Below are positions 1 through 13,049 of a DNA stretch of 64,000 bases, piece by piece. The translations under genes were made by a program, and so were the position numbers. Source of the DNA: Octopus vulgaris (taxonomy: Eukaryota). Position 1 is the stretch's first letter; every line of letters starts with the position of its first letter. The stretch is from positions 67,890,001 through 67,954,000 of the forward strand of contig OX597815.1 in the NCBI GenBank assembly GCA_951406725.2, in the 5' to 3' direction. The notes beneath the pieces are model-generated. The model was not told the origin of the DNA. It did no database searches and saw only the letters and a program-made list of their open reading frames with translations.

Positions 1-478
1 TTTTATTTGCGGGACATGAGGTACAACGTCCGGCCCATTATTTTGACGGTCGTCATTTTCGTAGGGTACCGGTCCGTTTATTTCTGTTGTCACATTATTT
101 CGCACGTGTAGTTTTTCGTACATTTTTTGTTGTAAGTTTAATGTACGTACCGCTCGATTGTTATTCTTGGGTTGAATAGTATCGGTGGCATTTAATTTCT
201 TCGTAGTTCCTTTGTACATGGTGTTTGAGGTCGGGGATGATCGTGATGTTCCACGCATGTTTACATGTGTTGTGTTAGAGGTGGAGATAATATCGAGTCA
301 AAATACATCATTTCGTTTCGAAAATAGTAATAAATTTCAATTAGTATTACTTACTCGGATACAGTCCAATTCTTTGTTAGTAAATCTTTGGCTCCATAGG
401 ATGTCCTTGTTTTCGATGTTTGTGGATAGATTTCGGAGCTCTGTATTTTCCTTCTTACATCTTAAACGTCCCCGGTGT

Positions 479-479
479 A

Positions 480-556
<77 letters not shown>

Positions 557-592
557 CATCATCATCATCATCATCATTATCAGTATTATTAT
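479..592. repeat. (TTA)n/(TCA)n microsatellite, 3' flank of the R4/Dong fragment
   Basis: Direct reading of the trinucleotide tract. Confidence 0.95.
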
Positions 593-1336
<744 letters not shown>

Positions 1337-1342
1337 AATATT

Positions 1343-1555
1343 AGGCTGATGAGCTGGCAAAATCGGTAGCACGCCTGTAGAAAATCCTTGATGACATTCT
1401 ACGTTCTGAGTGCAGATGACGCTGAGGTCGACTTTGCTTCTCATTCGTTCAAGGTTGATAAAATAAGTACCAGCCAATCACTGGTGTCGGTTTAATCGGT
1501 TAACCCCTTCAACCACGACCACTAAATTGCTAACATTGTGCCAAAATTTGAAACA
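1343..1555 (+). mobile_element. SINE family A, diverged copy
   Basis: gagctggcaaaatcggtagcacg...gaggtcgactttgc...gataaaataagtaccag. Confidence 0.7.
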
Positions 1556-1619
1556 GCTTATAAACTCCGACCTCAACATTCAACATATTATTTCCATGTA
1601 AAACCGATTCCACAAAGAT

Positions 1620-1860
1620 TCTTTTATTCTTTTACTTGTTTTGGTCATTTGACTACTGCCATGCTGGAGTACTGCTTTGAAGGGTCATTGTCGAACAAAT
1701 CGACCTCCGGACTTATTTCTTGAGCTTAGTACTTACTCTATCGGTCTCTTACGGGGGGCGTAAACACACTAATACCGGTTGTCAAGTGGTGATGAGGAAG
1801 CTAACAGACATAAAACGCAAAGACACACACACATACACACATACACACGCACACACATAT
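1620..1860 (-). mobile_element. SINE family B, 3' portion
   Basis: ttttacttgttttggtcatttgactactgccatgctggag matches the tail of other family B copies (11148, 45343, 58337). Confidence 0.7.
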
Positions 1861-2356
1861 GTAAATATACAAAAAACGGATTCTTATAGAAATGATATTG
1901 ACCATATTACTAGTGACTGTGTTGAAATGGTGCTATAACAGTGTTGAACAGACAATGCTTGTCTGAATACAGTTGCTATTGCTCCGAAAGGATACCTAGG
2001 AGATACCTGCAGTGTGTAATTCGTATGACGTAACGAGATGTTAGCACTCAGGTGAATATCAAAACTAAAGGAGAATGTCAACAACTTACACCGTACAATC
2101 AGACATTGTTATTGTAGGTACTGGATTATTCTAAGATTCATGATGAACACTAGTATTGCGTGTGTTTCTCATTCCTTCTTTAAATGTTCCTTATGCATGA
2201 ATTATGCATATCTCACGCTGCTATGGGGTAATGCACACATAAGCTACTAGAAGTTCATTCCAGATGACCAGCTTCAATGCCTTGTCTGTCGAACACCCTG
2301 CCAGTCACGGAAATCTATTTAGTGTTAACTGTCAGAGTACTTTATACCATAGACGA

Positions 2357-2525
<169 letters not shown>

Positions 2526-2961
2526 AAAGTTAAATACATGTCCGGTTATAGAGTGACCAAAGGCTTCGCATCCATAAAGCGCTTAGCTTTATAGACGACT
2601 CGTCTCAGACTAAAATGGCCGCGGGCATAAAAACTCTCTTCAAACTGTAGGTAGAAAACCGTTATACTCATTTAATTTGTAAATAAAAGATTAATATACA
2701 TTGTCTGCACCTGAAACAGGACGAGTTATCGCCCTCAGACCGGTCCGGTCAGCAAATCTTATGGACCTAAAGATCGAACAGGGAATCTCTGACCTTAGGC
2801 TGGTTCTGGTTTGCAACTGTAAAGAACCAGCATAAGGAAATTAACTGACCGTAACGGTTTTCTACTTCCAGTTTGAAGAGAGATTATATACCCACACCTA
2901 TCGGAGTCTGACGAGTCGTCTATAATGCTAAACGCTCTTCTTTTTCGGATATATGATCCAC
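2526..2961. repeat. Unclassified palindromic (foldback/MITE-like) element with ~87-bp inverted arms
   Basis: 2578-2664 (agcgcttagctttatagacgactcgtc...aaaaccgtta) is an imperfect reverse complement of 2852-2936; internal hairpin ccttaggctggttct/agaaccagcataagg. Confidence 0.7.
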
Positions 2962-3002
2962 TGACAATATATATAAATATAGTTTGAATGTTTACTTACA
3001 CT

Positions 3003-4965
3003 GGTTTCGCAGGCATAAAGAAGAGAAGAAAGCACACATGCCTTGTAGACCTTTATTGTTGTCTTCCTGCATATGTCTTGCTGACTCCAGAGGCGCCTTT
3101 CTAGCCTTCCGAAAGCATCACTTGCTTTCCTAATTCTGTATGGAATTTCATTATCCAAGTTGCTATATCTATTAACAGTGCTTCCCAAGTATACAAACTT
3201 ATCAACTACACCAAGCCGTTTACCATACACATAGATATTTGGTTTACTATACTGTTCACCAGGGACAGGTTGGTACATGACAAAAGTTTTCTTGAGACTG
3301 ACTATCAATCCTAAATCAGTATAAGCATCAGAAAATGCATTCAAAATGTGTTGCATATCAATCTCTGTGTGCGCTACTAGATTACAATCATCTGCATACA
3401 AAAGGTCCCTTATGATAGAGGTAAATACCTTTGTTTTTGCAGCAAAGCGATTGATATTAAATATTCTGCTAGAGGTTCGATAATGGATGTAAACACCATA
3501 TCGGCAATTTCCGAACGCAATACAGGAAACCATCGCAAAATATATGGTAAATAGGGTTTGTTTTACTCCATTTTGTATTGAGATGAGCTCCGGAATTTTA
3601 CCCCTAACATTAACCCTACCCTTAATGTCTTCATGAAAAAAACTAACCAAAGCAAGGAACTTTTCAGGACAACCAAGTTTCTGGAGGAATTTCCACAGTG
3701 CATTTCTATTAACGGTATCAAAGGCTTTTGTCAGATCGACAAAAACCTGATATAAATCCAAACCCTGTTCCACACACTTCTCTTGAAGCTGTCTAACTGA
3801 GAAGATCACATCAGCAGTGCCGCGTCCCACACGAAAGCCAGATTGACTTTCTGGAAGAACACAATCTGCAACGTGTTTCAGCAGGCGATCCAAAAGTGCC
3901 CTGCATAAAACCTTTCCTACAACAGAAAGCAATGATATTCCCCTATAGTTACCACAATCATTCCTGTTGCTCTTTCCTTTATATAAGACCACCATTGCTG
4001 TATCTCTCCAGTACTCAGGTACAGATTCACTAGCCCATATCCTGCCAAACAAGGAGTGAAATTGCTGCAGAAGTTTCTCACCACCATGCTGTAACAACTC
4101 AGCATGTATACCATCCATACCCGGAGACTTCCCATTATTCTTCCTTGAGAGAGCTACCTCAACTTCTTCCAACATTGGTGGTTCCGCGAGAGCCGCCTTC
4201 ACAGGTAATTCAAGGATGAGATTGAGAACATCCTCGCTAATTACAGACTGCAGATTCAAAAGTTCATCAAAATGTTCTTGCCACCTTCGCAGAATCCCCC
4301 GTGAATCACGAATAAGTTCTTTGCCATCCCTGCTTCTAAGTGGTGTCATCAGAAAAGTCGGTCCATAAAATTCACGCAAGAGACCATACAACAGCTTTGT
4401 GTTATTGGAATCTGATGCCGCCTGTATCTCATCAGCCCTCTTACTCCACCACGAATCCCTCATCTGAGAGAGCCTCTGCCTTACACGTGATTTCACATCC
4501 TTGAGTTTCCTATGCAACACATTCTTCTCCTGTAGTTTTGCTGACAAATAGCGTGACAAAGTACGTCTTTTATCAGCCAATAAATCATTTATATGATTTC
4601 ATTTATACGATATCATCGTTTTCTTTAAACCAATCTTGATGTTTTCTTTGTATCAATCCCAGAACTTTACTGCCTATATCATAAACTAACTTTTTAAGGG
4701 TCGGCCAATCTTCCCCATATCTGCAACATTCATTTCCTCTCGTAAAGTTCTCTTCACACTATTACACCTAAGACGAGCAACATTCAGTCTTTTAGGCAGC
4801 CCGGATTTTACGTTTTGTGATTAATTTCATTTTGGCACTACCAGGCGGTGGTCAGTCCAACACTCAGTCCCACGAGAAACACGAACACACTGCACATCTT
4901 GTCTGTCACGCACCCTAACAAGGATGTAATCCAGAATATGTCATTCTTTAGATGCAGGGTGCATC
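3003..4965 (-). mobile_element. RTE-clade LINE internal fragment (APE C-terminus + reverse transcriptase), inactive
   Basis: 550-aa ORF with KSPGMDGI, NYRGISLL, PESQSGFR, FVDLTKAFDTV, LLYADD, FVYLGS; upstream frameshifted APE motifs HILDYILVR...ECWTDHRLV; ends at LLYACET without a 3' tail. Confidence 0.93.
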
Positions 4966-4968
4966 TAT

Positions 4969-5182
4969 GTGGTCATATATCCGAAAAAGAAGAGCGCTTA
5001 GCAATATAGACGACTCGTCAGACTCCGATTGCTGTGGGCATATAACTTCGCTTCAAACTGAAAGCAGAAAACCGTTGGGGTCAGTTAATTTCCTTAGGCT
5101 GGTTCTTTACAGCTGTAAAAAATACTTGCAGACCGGCACCAGCCTAAGGTCGGAGATTCCCTGTTCGCTCTTTAGGTCCATA
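4969..5182. repeat. Inverted copy of 2760-2961
   Basis: Reverse complement aligns along its length with tatggacctaaag...ttttcggatatatgatccac. Confidence 0.9.
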
Positions 5183-5189
5183 CTGTAGT

Positions 5190-5460
<271 letters not shown>

Positions 5461-5619
5461 TAGTAGAGTTAGCGATTGGAATAAGCGTCTTAGGGATAAG
5501 AATATCCGTTTTACTACCGGTATAAATTTCCTGTTAACCCTGGGCATACATATGCAAGCATATTATGCTCATAGGATACAGGTAATAACAAAATAGACAA
5601 AGTTTATCTGGAATCAAAT

Positions 5620-5850
5620 TTAAATTAGCAGAAAATGGAGAAAATTCTTGATCAACAAATAAATTGACTACCATCGATTATTATTTTTTAATACGAAACT
5701 TTATCATTTCTAACAGCCGTTTCTGCTTCCAATGTCCGTCAGCGCTGCTAAAGAAAATTCTGAGAATAATATTCGTCATATTCTATAGCACATCCGATCT
5801 GGGTGATGGAGCTTCATCAGAGTGAAGAAAAATACATAAAATAAAATAAG
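5620..5850 (-). mobile_element. Probable Penelope-type terminal repeat with hammerhead-like motif (left arm of an inverted pair)
   Basis: Minus strand reads cact-CTGATGA-agctccat...attggaagca-GAAA-cggctg-tt; reverse complement of 6170-6400. Confidence 0.55.
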
Positions 5851-6169
5851 ATAATTACTTTAATATAATTAGTAAGTATATTAAAGTAATTAATTTATGG
5901 GCATGTTTCTTTGATAAATATTGATTAGTACTATTTACGAAATCTTAAGTACTATTCTTTTTCTAGACCTATTGGCGAATCCCGTTAATCTAAAGTACTT
6001 ATTTTTTTTCATTATTTATATACCCTGTTGCCCTTAAAGAAAGATTAACCCACCAGTTAATTTTCTAGTTTAGTCATTTGCTCAACGATTTGTAGAGTTA
6101 CACTGCAAAGTGGTATGATTCAAATATACTAAGCCTTCTTTCCTCATCTGGAGGCCCTTTGCTTTTTTC

Positions 6170-6395
6170 TTATCTTCTTTATCTTATGTATTTTTCTTCA
6201 CTCTGATGAAGCTCCATGTACGAGATAGGATGTGCTATAGAATATTACGAATATTATTCTCAGAATTTTCTTTGGCAGCGCTGACGGACATTGGAAGCAG
6301 ATACGGCTCTTAGAAATGATAGTGTTGTATTAAAAATAATAATTGATGGTAGACAATTTGTTTGTTGATCAAGAATTTTCTCCTTTTTCTGCTTA

Positions 6396-6400
<5 letters not shown>
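6170..6400 (+). mobile_element. Probable Penelope-type terminal repeat (right arm; GAAA mutated to GATA)
   Basis: ~230-bp inverted repeat of 5620-5850, followed by (TA)n. Confidence 0.55.
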
Positions 6401-6435
<35 letters not shown>

Positions 6436-6481
6436 AATGAAAGATAGAAGATGGAATATATGAGAATTTATTATTAATCAC

Positions 6482-6526
<45 letters not shown>

Positions 6527-6899
6527 GTATATATATTTATATATATATACGGAGATTATAGACACAGAGAGCGAGAGGGAAGCATCCAAGGCTGAGAGAA
6601 TTTGGTTTAAGTAATTGGAAATGAGCTCTGTGAGTCAGTTGTAAGCGAAAACAGTGGGGCATTAGATATTGCGGATTTAAGGAGAAACTGCGTAAGTTGA
6701 AGAAATAAAACAGTATGCTTGTCCGATCGCTCAGACACTTAATCTTGGGTCAGAATTAAACGATAAAATGTAGCATAACCAAATCCTTGAACGCATTAAT
6801 CATTAATAAGAGTTGAATAAAAAAAAACCAGAAAATATGAATATAAGAGAGCATAAGAAAGATATAAGAGTAAGGAGAAAATTCTAAAGACAAAGATTA

Positions 6900-9645
6900 T
6901 GAATATAACAATAATCCAAAAGCGGAAATATTTTTCAAAAAATACCGCTGATAGATCTTCAGATAGACAAATAGAATTATATTTATACGGCGACAACTTT
7001 AAATCCTTGCCTAGCCACCGAAAACTCAATGTAAAACAGACCCGACGTTCTATATCACCTGGTTAAACAAAATGATGTTTGCCTCAACCGTACCAATTAC
7101 AGAGAGAAATGAATACTTTTTACTCATATTAGAATATCAAACTCAAAGAACGTGGGAAGGAAACACGCAGATAAAAAGAGGGGAAACAAGATTTCTCGAT
7201 CCTTCATGAATTCAATAACGGAAAGAAACAATTGAAAAACAAATGCTAGAGAAAGAAAACAAGATAAAAAAATGAAATTCTTGTTAAAAAAATCACTGGG
7301 ATCAAGATTCTCGCTAAATCGCAATGATTACATCTGTATGGATAGCAACAATGATTCTTTGAACAAACAGTTCGACTCCAACTCAAAAGTAATTTTTCGA
7401 GAATTCGGTATAATTAAAATAGAAATTAAAGAAGTACTAACAACTGTTGAAGTTGAAGAATTCTGAGGAGGAGCATGAATAGCGAAGGAATCCTCAAGGG
7501 CGAGAATATTTTAAAGAGCATACGCAGCAGCTGCACAATCACAAGAGGCCATACCAGTTACAGCATTAACGCAGATGATAGATCAAAAGTATACAACTGG
7601 AGGCCATTACAAAACATCAGGTTTCTAGTTGAAACTTTTAACAAACATAAAGTGATAATAAAAATATTTAATAGCATACTGAAAGAACCGGAAGCGACAT
7701 CTGACTGACTCACCGAAAAAAATAATCCATCTTAATCTCACTACTACAGAAACTTCATGCCATAAAAGCGATACACCCATACAAGCTTTCATAGACTACA
7801 AAACCTTAACTGCAGTATTAACGCAGAGGATAAATAAATACTTGGGAAAAAACAACACAATTCGCTTCAAAAGAGGAAAAGAGTTGCTGCAAGGGCTCAT
7901 AGGACTTTGAAGATCAATTACTGATCAATAAATGCATAACTGAAAACTGTAGAAAGACAAAAAAAGATCTGAGCATGGCATGAATTGATAGTGCTCGTCA
8001 CGTGTTGATCCTGGAAATATTAGCCATAAGTAAGGTAGAGCCAATAGTAATAAACTATCACATCAAACACGTTATGAGTAAATGAAAAACAAGTATAAAC
8101 AAGGAGTACTATAACAACTAATCCCCACCATCTCTATTAAAAGGAGAATATTACTCTCTTTCCTATTTTTGCTTAACTTCAATACCTTTACGCAGTGCCA
8201 TGTTAAATGAAACAGGACTCGCTATAGGAGGGCAATCAACCATATTTTGTATATGGGCGGTTAAAAGGTCTACTTTGCAAACAAGGAACAACAAGAAAGA
8301 CTGCCATAGCGAGTGGATGAATTACTGACGGAATTGTTAAGGAAATGTGCCGGGTAACTTTGGAGTGAAAAGAGAGAAATTAAGAACAATAATGTCATGT
8401 TAGATAAAAAAAAAAACAGACATGAGAGAATTGAGCTAAACTTACGAATATTTACGAATTAATGAAATAGACAGTAAACAATCTCTAAACATAAGAAAAT
8501 GTAACGAAGGAATATTGCAGATGTATTAGGCTATGCCAGTTAATATTTAATACAAAGATAAATGCAATAAAATAAGTTAATAGAATTTAATTATCTAGCT
8601 ATACTGCAATGGACACTAAATGAATTAGCAAAAGTTATCAGAAAAGCAAGTAACATTGATTGCATCTATAGGAGACGTCTCAAAATCTAACACATGATTA
8701 TATTTAGGTTATATACAGGAAGGTTGAGGTCTTATGCTACTGAAAAAACTATCATATGATAGTTGTTTTTCAAGGAAAAACAGAGACCGAGCGGAGGAAA
8801 AAAACCCAGAAATTATGGAAAAAGATAAAACTTAGTTTTAACAATGACAATAAAATTACTTACATGATCAGTAATTAGAAAAAAAATTGAACAAATGGGG
8901 AAGAGACAGAGAAAAGTTACAGTACTGTCTGAGAAGTGCCGCTATCAAAGCTGAGATTGATTAATTAGGATACAGAATCGAATCCTTCCTGCCAGAAATC
9001 TGCCAAATGCTTATAAAGAAGAAGAATACGTTAAGTAACTATTCACTATAACTACATTAAGTGTACATTAAGTAACTATAAAATATAGTTACATGAAGTA
9101 ATTATAGAAAATAGTCACTATACCATATAGTTACATTAAGTAAATGTACATTGTGAAATTACATGAAGTTACTATACAATATAGTTACATTGAGTAACTA
9201 TTCGATCAAGTATAGGTCTGGAAGAAACACTTAACTACATTACCTCTGGCTGCCCAATCTTAGCTGAGAGACTATGTATCCATAAGCATGACAGTGTTGA
9301 AAATTTACACACTGGTAATTATGTTAGCATTTGATGTACTCCAGAGAAGAGGTGGTATAAATACAGAAATGGAGAATAACTATGCGACTGTTATCTAGGA
9401 TATAATAACTCACATATGCATGAATATGAATGAATTTGACGGTTAAACGACCAGATATTGTTATCAAGGACCACCGAGAAAGGAAGGGCCTTCTAATCCA
9501 CGTATTAGTCTAAACATTCAATAATTTATCTATAAAAGTATTGGAGAAATCATCTAAATATAAAAATCTGGAAATAGAGATAACTAGTATGTTGGGAATG
9601 AAAACAAAAACATTTTCTATAATAATAATAATAATAATAATAATA
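6900..9645 (+). mobile_element. Heavily degraded, long R4/Dong-like LINE
   Basis: Fragmentary frames: NKQFDSNSKVIFREFG..EVEEF; EDQLLINKCITENCRKTKKDLSMA*ID (RT); EETLNYITSGCPILA (CCHC region); KRPDIVIKDHREKE (RLE); ends in (TAA)n at 9620-9645. Confidence 0.75.
9030..9202. repeat. Degenerate minisatellite of palindromic unit atagttac-attaa-gtaactat
   Basis: About six variants of agttacattaagtaactat within the LINE. Confidence 0.75.
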
Positions 9646-9899
9646 GGTGGCATGGGAGTTATTTAAAACCCATTTAATCAAAACGTAACAGTTAACACAT
9701 ATCCATACCATACAGAAAATTGCACTATTAAACACTGTAGATACATACTATGTAGAATATGTTCAATAGCAATAAAACATACAATCCAAGCGAAAACAGT
9801 GACATACCATAGATACACAGAACTGCGATCGGTTGTACAATGAAAGCACGCAATAAAAACAACACTTCTGAAGCAACAACAACAAAAACAACAACAGCA

Positions 9900-9900
<1 letters not shown>

Positions 9901-9983
<83 letters not shown>
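9901..9983. repeat. (TAA)n microsatellite
   Basis: Direct reading. Confidence 0.95.
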
Positions 9984-9984
<1 letters not shown>

Positions 9985-10367
9985 GCACTAAGGAAAATCT
10001 TTGTTATTTATATATTAAAAGCATATGTGGATGCTGTCAGTCACAAGGATTTCTATGAATCCTGATGATGACGACGATAATGAGAACATCAACGACAACA
10101 ACAATGGCGACAATGAGGATGACGATGATAATGATGATGACGACGATGATGACAGCGGCGATGACAATGATGTCGGCAATGCCGGTGACGGATGCAATGG
10201 CCTAATATATGACAACAACTATCACAGCAGGAACAAGAAAGACAACAAAACCTAACTATATACCAGCTTCAACAATAGTTACCACACGGCCAGCTACAAT
10301 AAAAAAAAATAAGGTTACATCAGCAACAATAACAACATCCCTGAAAAAACGAAAACACCAGCATGTA

Positions 10368-10616
<249 letters not shown>

Positions 10617-11147
10617 GCAACAGCAGAAATATGAATGCAAGTTATGATACAGGTATATTATTAAGGATGATTCGAACGGCAGGGTGAAGTAAGAACGGAA
10701 TAGAATTTCAGTCTTGTAAAAACAGAAAGGAAGATAATAAACGAAGAAGACAAACCAAAATGGAGTTAGTTTGTCGCCAATAAAAGATGAAAAGCTAAAA
10801 TTTCTGCACAACGCAAAAGAATTCAGTTAGAAATCAAAGGTGTCCTTTTTATAGAGTTTGCCTTAACGCTGTTGTTTTATTGGTTGCGCTGTTTGTTTTT
10901 ATTGTTTAGTTATTTATTTTTATATTTGCTTTCCTTCTTTTTTTATTGATCATTTCCAGATCATCCAGTGTTCTGCCTTATTTTGCCCTGATTTTCTTGA
11001 TTGACGATTGCTGGTGTTGTGTATTTGCATCCACGCGCACGCGCGCGCGTGTGTGTTTTGCCTTGATGTTTGTTTAGGATTTGTTTTTGTTTGTTTTCCT
11101 TTTTTTCTATTTTTGTTTCGTTTTGTTTATATTTTTTCTTTTATCTA

Positions 11148-11472
11148 TCTTTTACTTGATTCAGTCATTGGACTGCGGCCGTACTGGAGTACTACCTTTA
11201 AGAGTTTAATCGAACTAATTGCCCCCAGTCAGACGGTTCTTATTCTATCGGTCACTTTTATCTAACCGCTAAGTTACAGGAGGTAAACAAACCATCACCA
11301 AACACGCATGTACATATTTATGTGTGTGTGTGTGTATTTCAGTCAACAAAATCCACTCACATGGTTTTGGTCTGCCCGGTGCTATAGCGGAAGATTCTTG
11401 CCTAAGGTGCCCTGAAGTGGGACAGAACCCGATACCACATGGTTGCAAAGCGAGCTTCTTAACCACACAGTC
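11148..11472 (-). mobile_element. SINE family B (tRNA head, CORE-like domain)
   Basis: aaatccactcacatggttttggtctgcccggtgctatagcggaagattcttgcctaaggtgcc...ttcttaaccacacagtca. Confidence 0.75.
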
Positions 11473-11956
11473 ATGCTCGTTTATTTCTATTTTATTTTCT
11501 TTCGATGTTTTTTTACTCTTATTGGTTTCTTTCATAACAGATCTTATAGTTCAGTTTAAATATCAAGAAGGGTTGCTTGACACTTTTTTTTTTATAATTT
11601 ATTCACTGTGTGTCTGTCTGCTGTTTGTTTATTGTCTTATTGATTATCATCATAATTACTACTATAACTTACTTGCTGCTGCTACTACTACTACTACTAC
11701 TTGTAATTACTTGATTTACTGGACAAGGGCCGTTGTTAAAACACATAAATGTCACAAATTTTTATTTAAGTAAGGACGCTAGGCGAAATGCCTTGCAGTA
11801 TTTGCTTTGGTACTCTACGTTCAGAGATCAAATTCCGCCGATGTCATCTTTGCCTTTCATTACTGTGGGATCGATATCGACTAAAGTCCCTCTTCGCAGT
11901 GTTATCGGTTTTGTGCTTAAATCAGAAATCATTCTCATTTATCATTATCTCAAAGA

Positions 11957-12182
11957 AAGGCGATGAGCTGACAAAATCGTTAGCATGCCAAGCAAAAAGA
12001 TTAGCGGCATTTCGTCCGCTTTTACTTTGTGAGTTCAAATTCCGCCGAGGTTGACTGTGGCTTTCATCCTTTCAGGGTCGAAAAATTAAGTACTAGTAAA
12101 ACACTAGGGTCGATGTGATCGATTATCCCCCTCACCACAGAGTTCAGGCTTTGTGCCTCTAGTAGAAAGTATTATTATTATT
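11957..12182 (+). mobile_element. SINE family A, full length
   Basis: Head, B-box-like gagttcaaattcc, core and (ATT)n tail. Confidence 0.8.
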
Positions 12183-13000
12183 CCAAATCTGCCATATACT
12201 AATTTAATTGGCAGGCATGTTATGCTGAGGTTTGGTGATAACAAGTCTCTTCAATTCTCAAGAATCTTTCTTAGAATGCTTGCAAAAATGTAGAATTGCA
12301 CTTTTCTGCAGGTCAACTATGCGAGTTTTAATTGCAGCATCTTTGAGCCTCTGGACGCATTTTGGGTGTGGTGCCAAGTGCACCATTTACTACAGGAATA
12401 ATTGTTATCTTATTCTTCCACAATCTCATCGTCTATTAGGTGGCTTGGTCCCGATTTCTCTCAATTTGTTTTTTTAATTCCTTCGGTACCACTCTATTAC
12501 CAAATAGTAGTAGATCTTACGCTGTTTCTTTTATCATCTATAATCATATATGAGCGAGCTCCTTACTACAATAGTATGGTTAGTTTTTAAGGAGAAATCC
12601 CTAAAAATTCTTTCATTTTTATCCAACATCACAGCCTCTGGCTTGTGCTCAAACCTGTTTTCTTCCGCTTTGAATCCACACACACAACTAACATCCCATT
12701 GCACTATCTTCCCGATACCATCATGCCTGCATGTCTACTCTTTTTGTACTCGTATGCTGAATATATTTAAGAGATGGTTAATACTTTCGTCCCCTTCTCT
12801 ACAAATTCGACCTTTACTCACTGATTGATTTTTTATCAAAATTTACCTTTATGAAATTCGTCTTACTGACTTGTTCCTGGACGGCTATAACTAGCGCTTC
12901 AGTTTCTTGTTTCAGGTCTCCATCTGTCAGCCACAGTTGACGTTCTTTGTTTCCCACGTCCTCTGTTTGGTGCTTGAATTGGTTTTACCATTCCAACTCT
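12183..13000 (-). mobile_element. R4/Dong-like LINE 3' fragment, second subfamily
   Basis: Minus: GDLKQETEALVIAVQEQ; RICREGDESINHLL...RHDGIGKIVQWD; IIPVVNGALGTTPK; TRIVDLQKSAIL. Confidence 0.8.
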
Positions 13001-13049
13001 CTTTGTCGTTTTTTGAATTCTCCTTGCTACTATTATTTGTGTTGATGTT

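Noticed and set aside
1-478. Possible LINE ORF1 (gag-like) remnant on the minus strand
   Set aside because: A-rich but interrupted by stops, with no convincing zinc-knuckle motif
2908-2935. CTGACGAG as a hammerhead core
   Set aside because: No stem II followed by GAAA
9030-9202. CRISPR-like array of palindromic repeats
   Set aside because: Spacers very short, repeats degenerate, eukaryotic context, no cas genes
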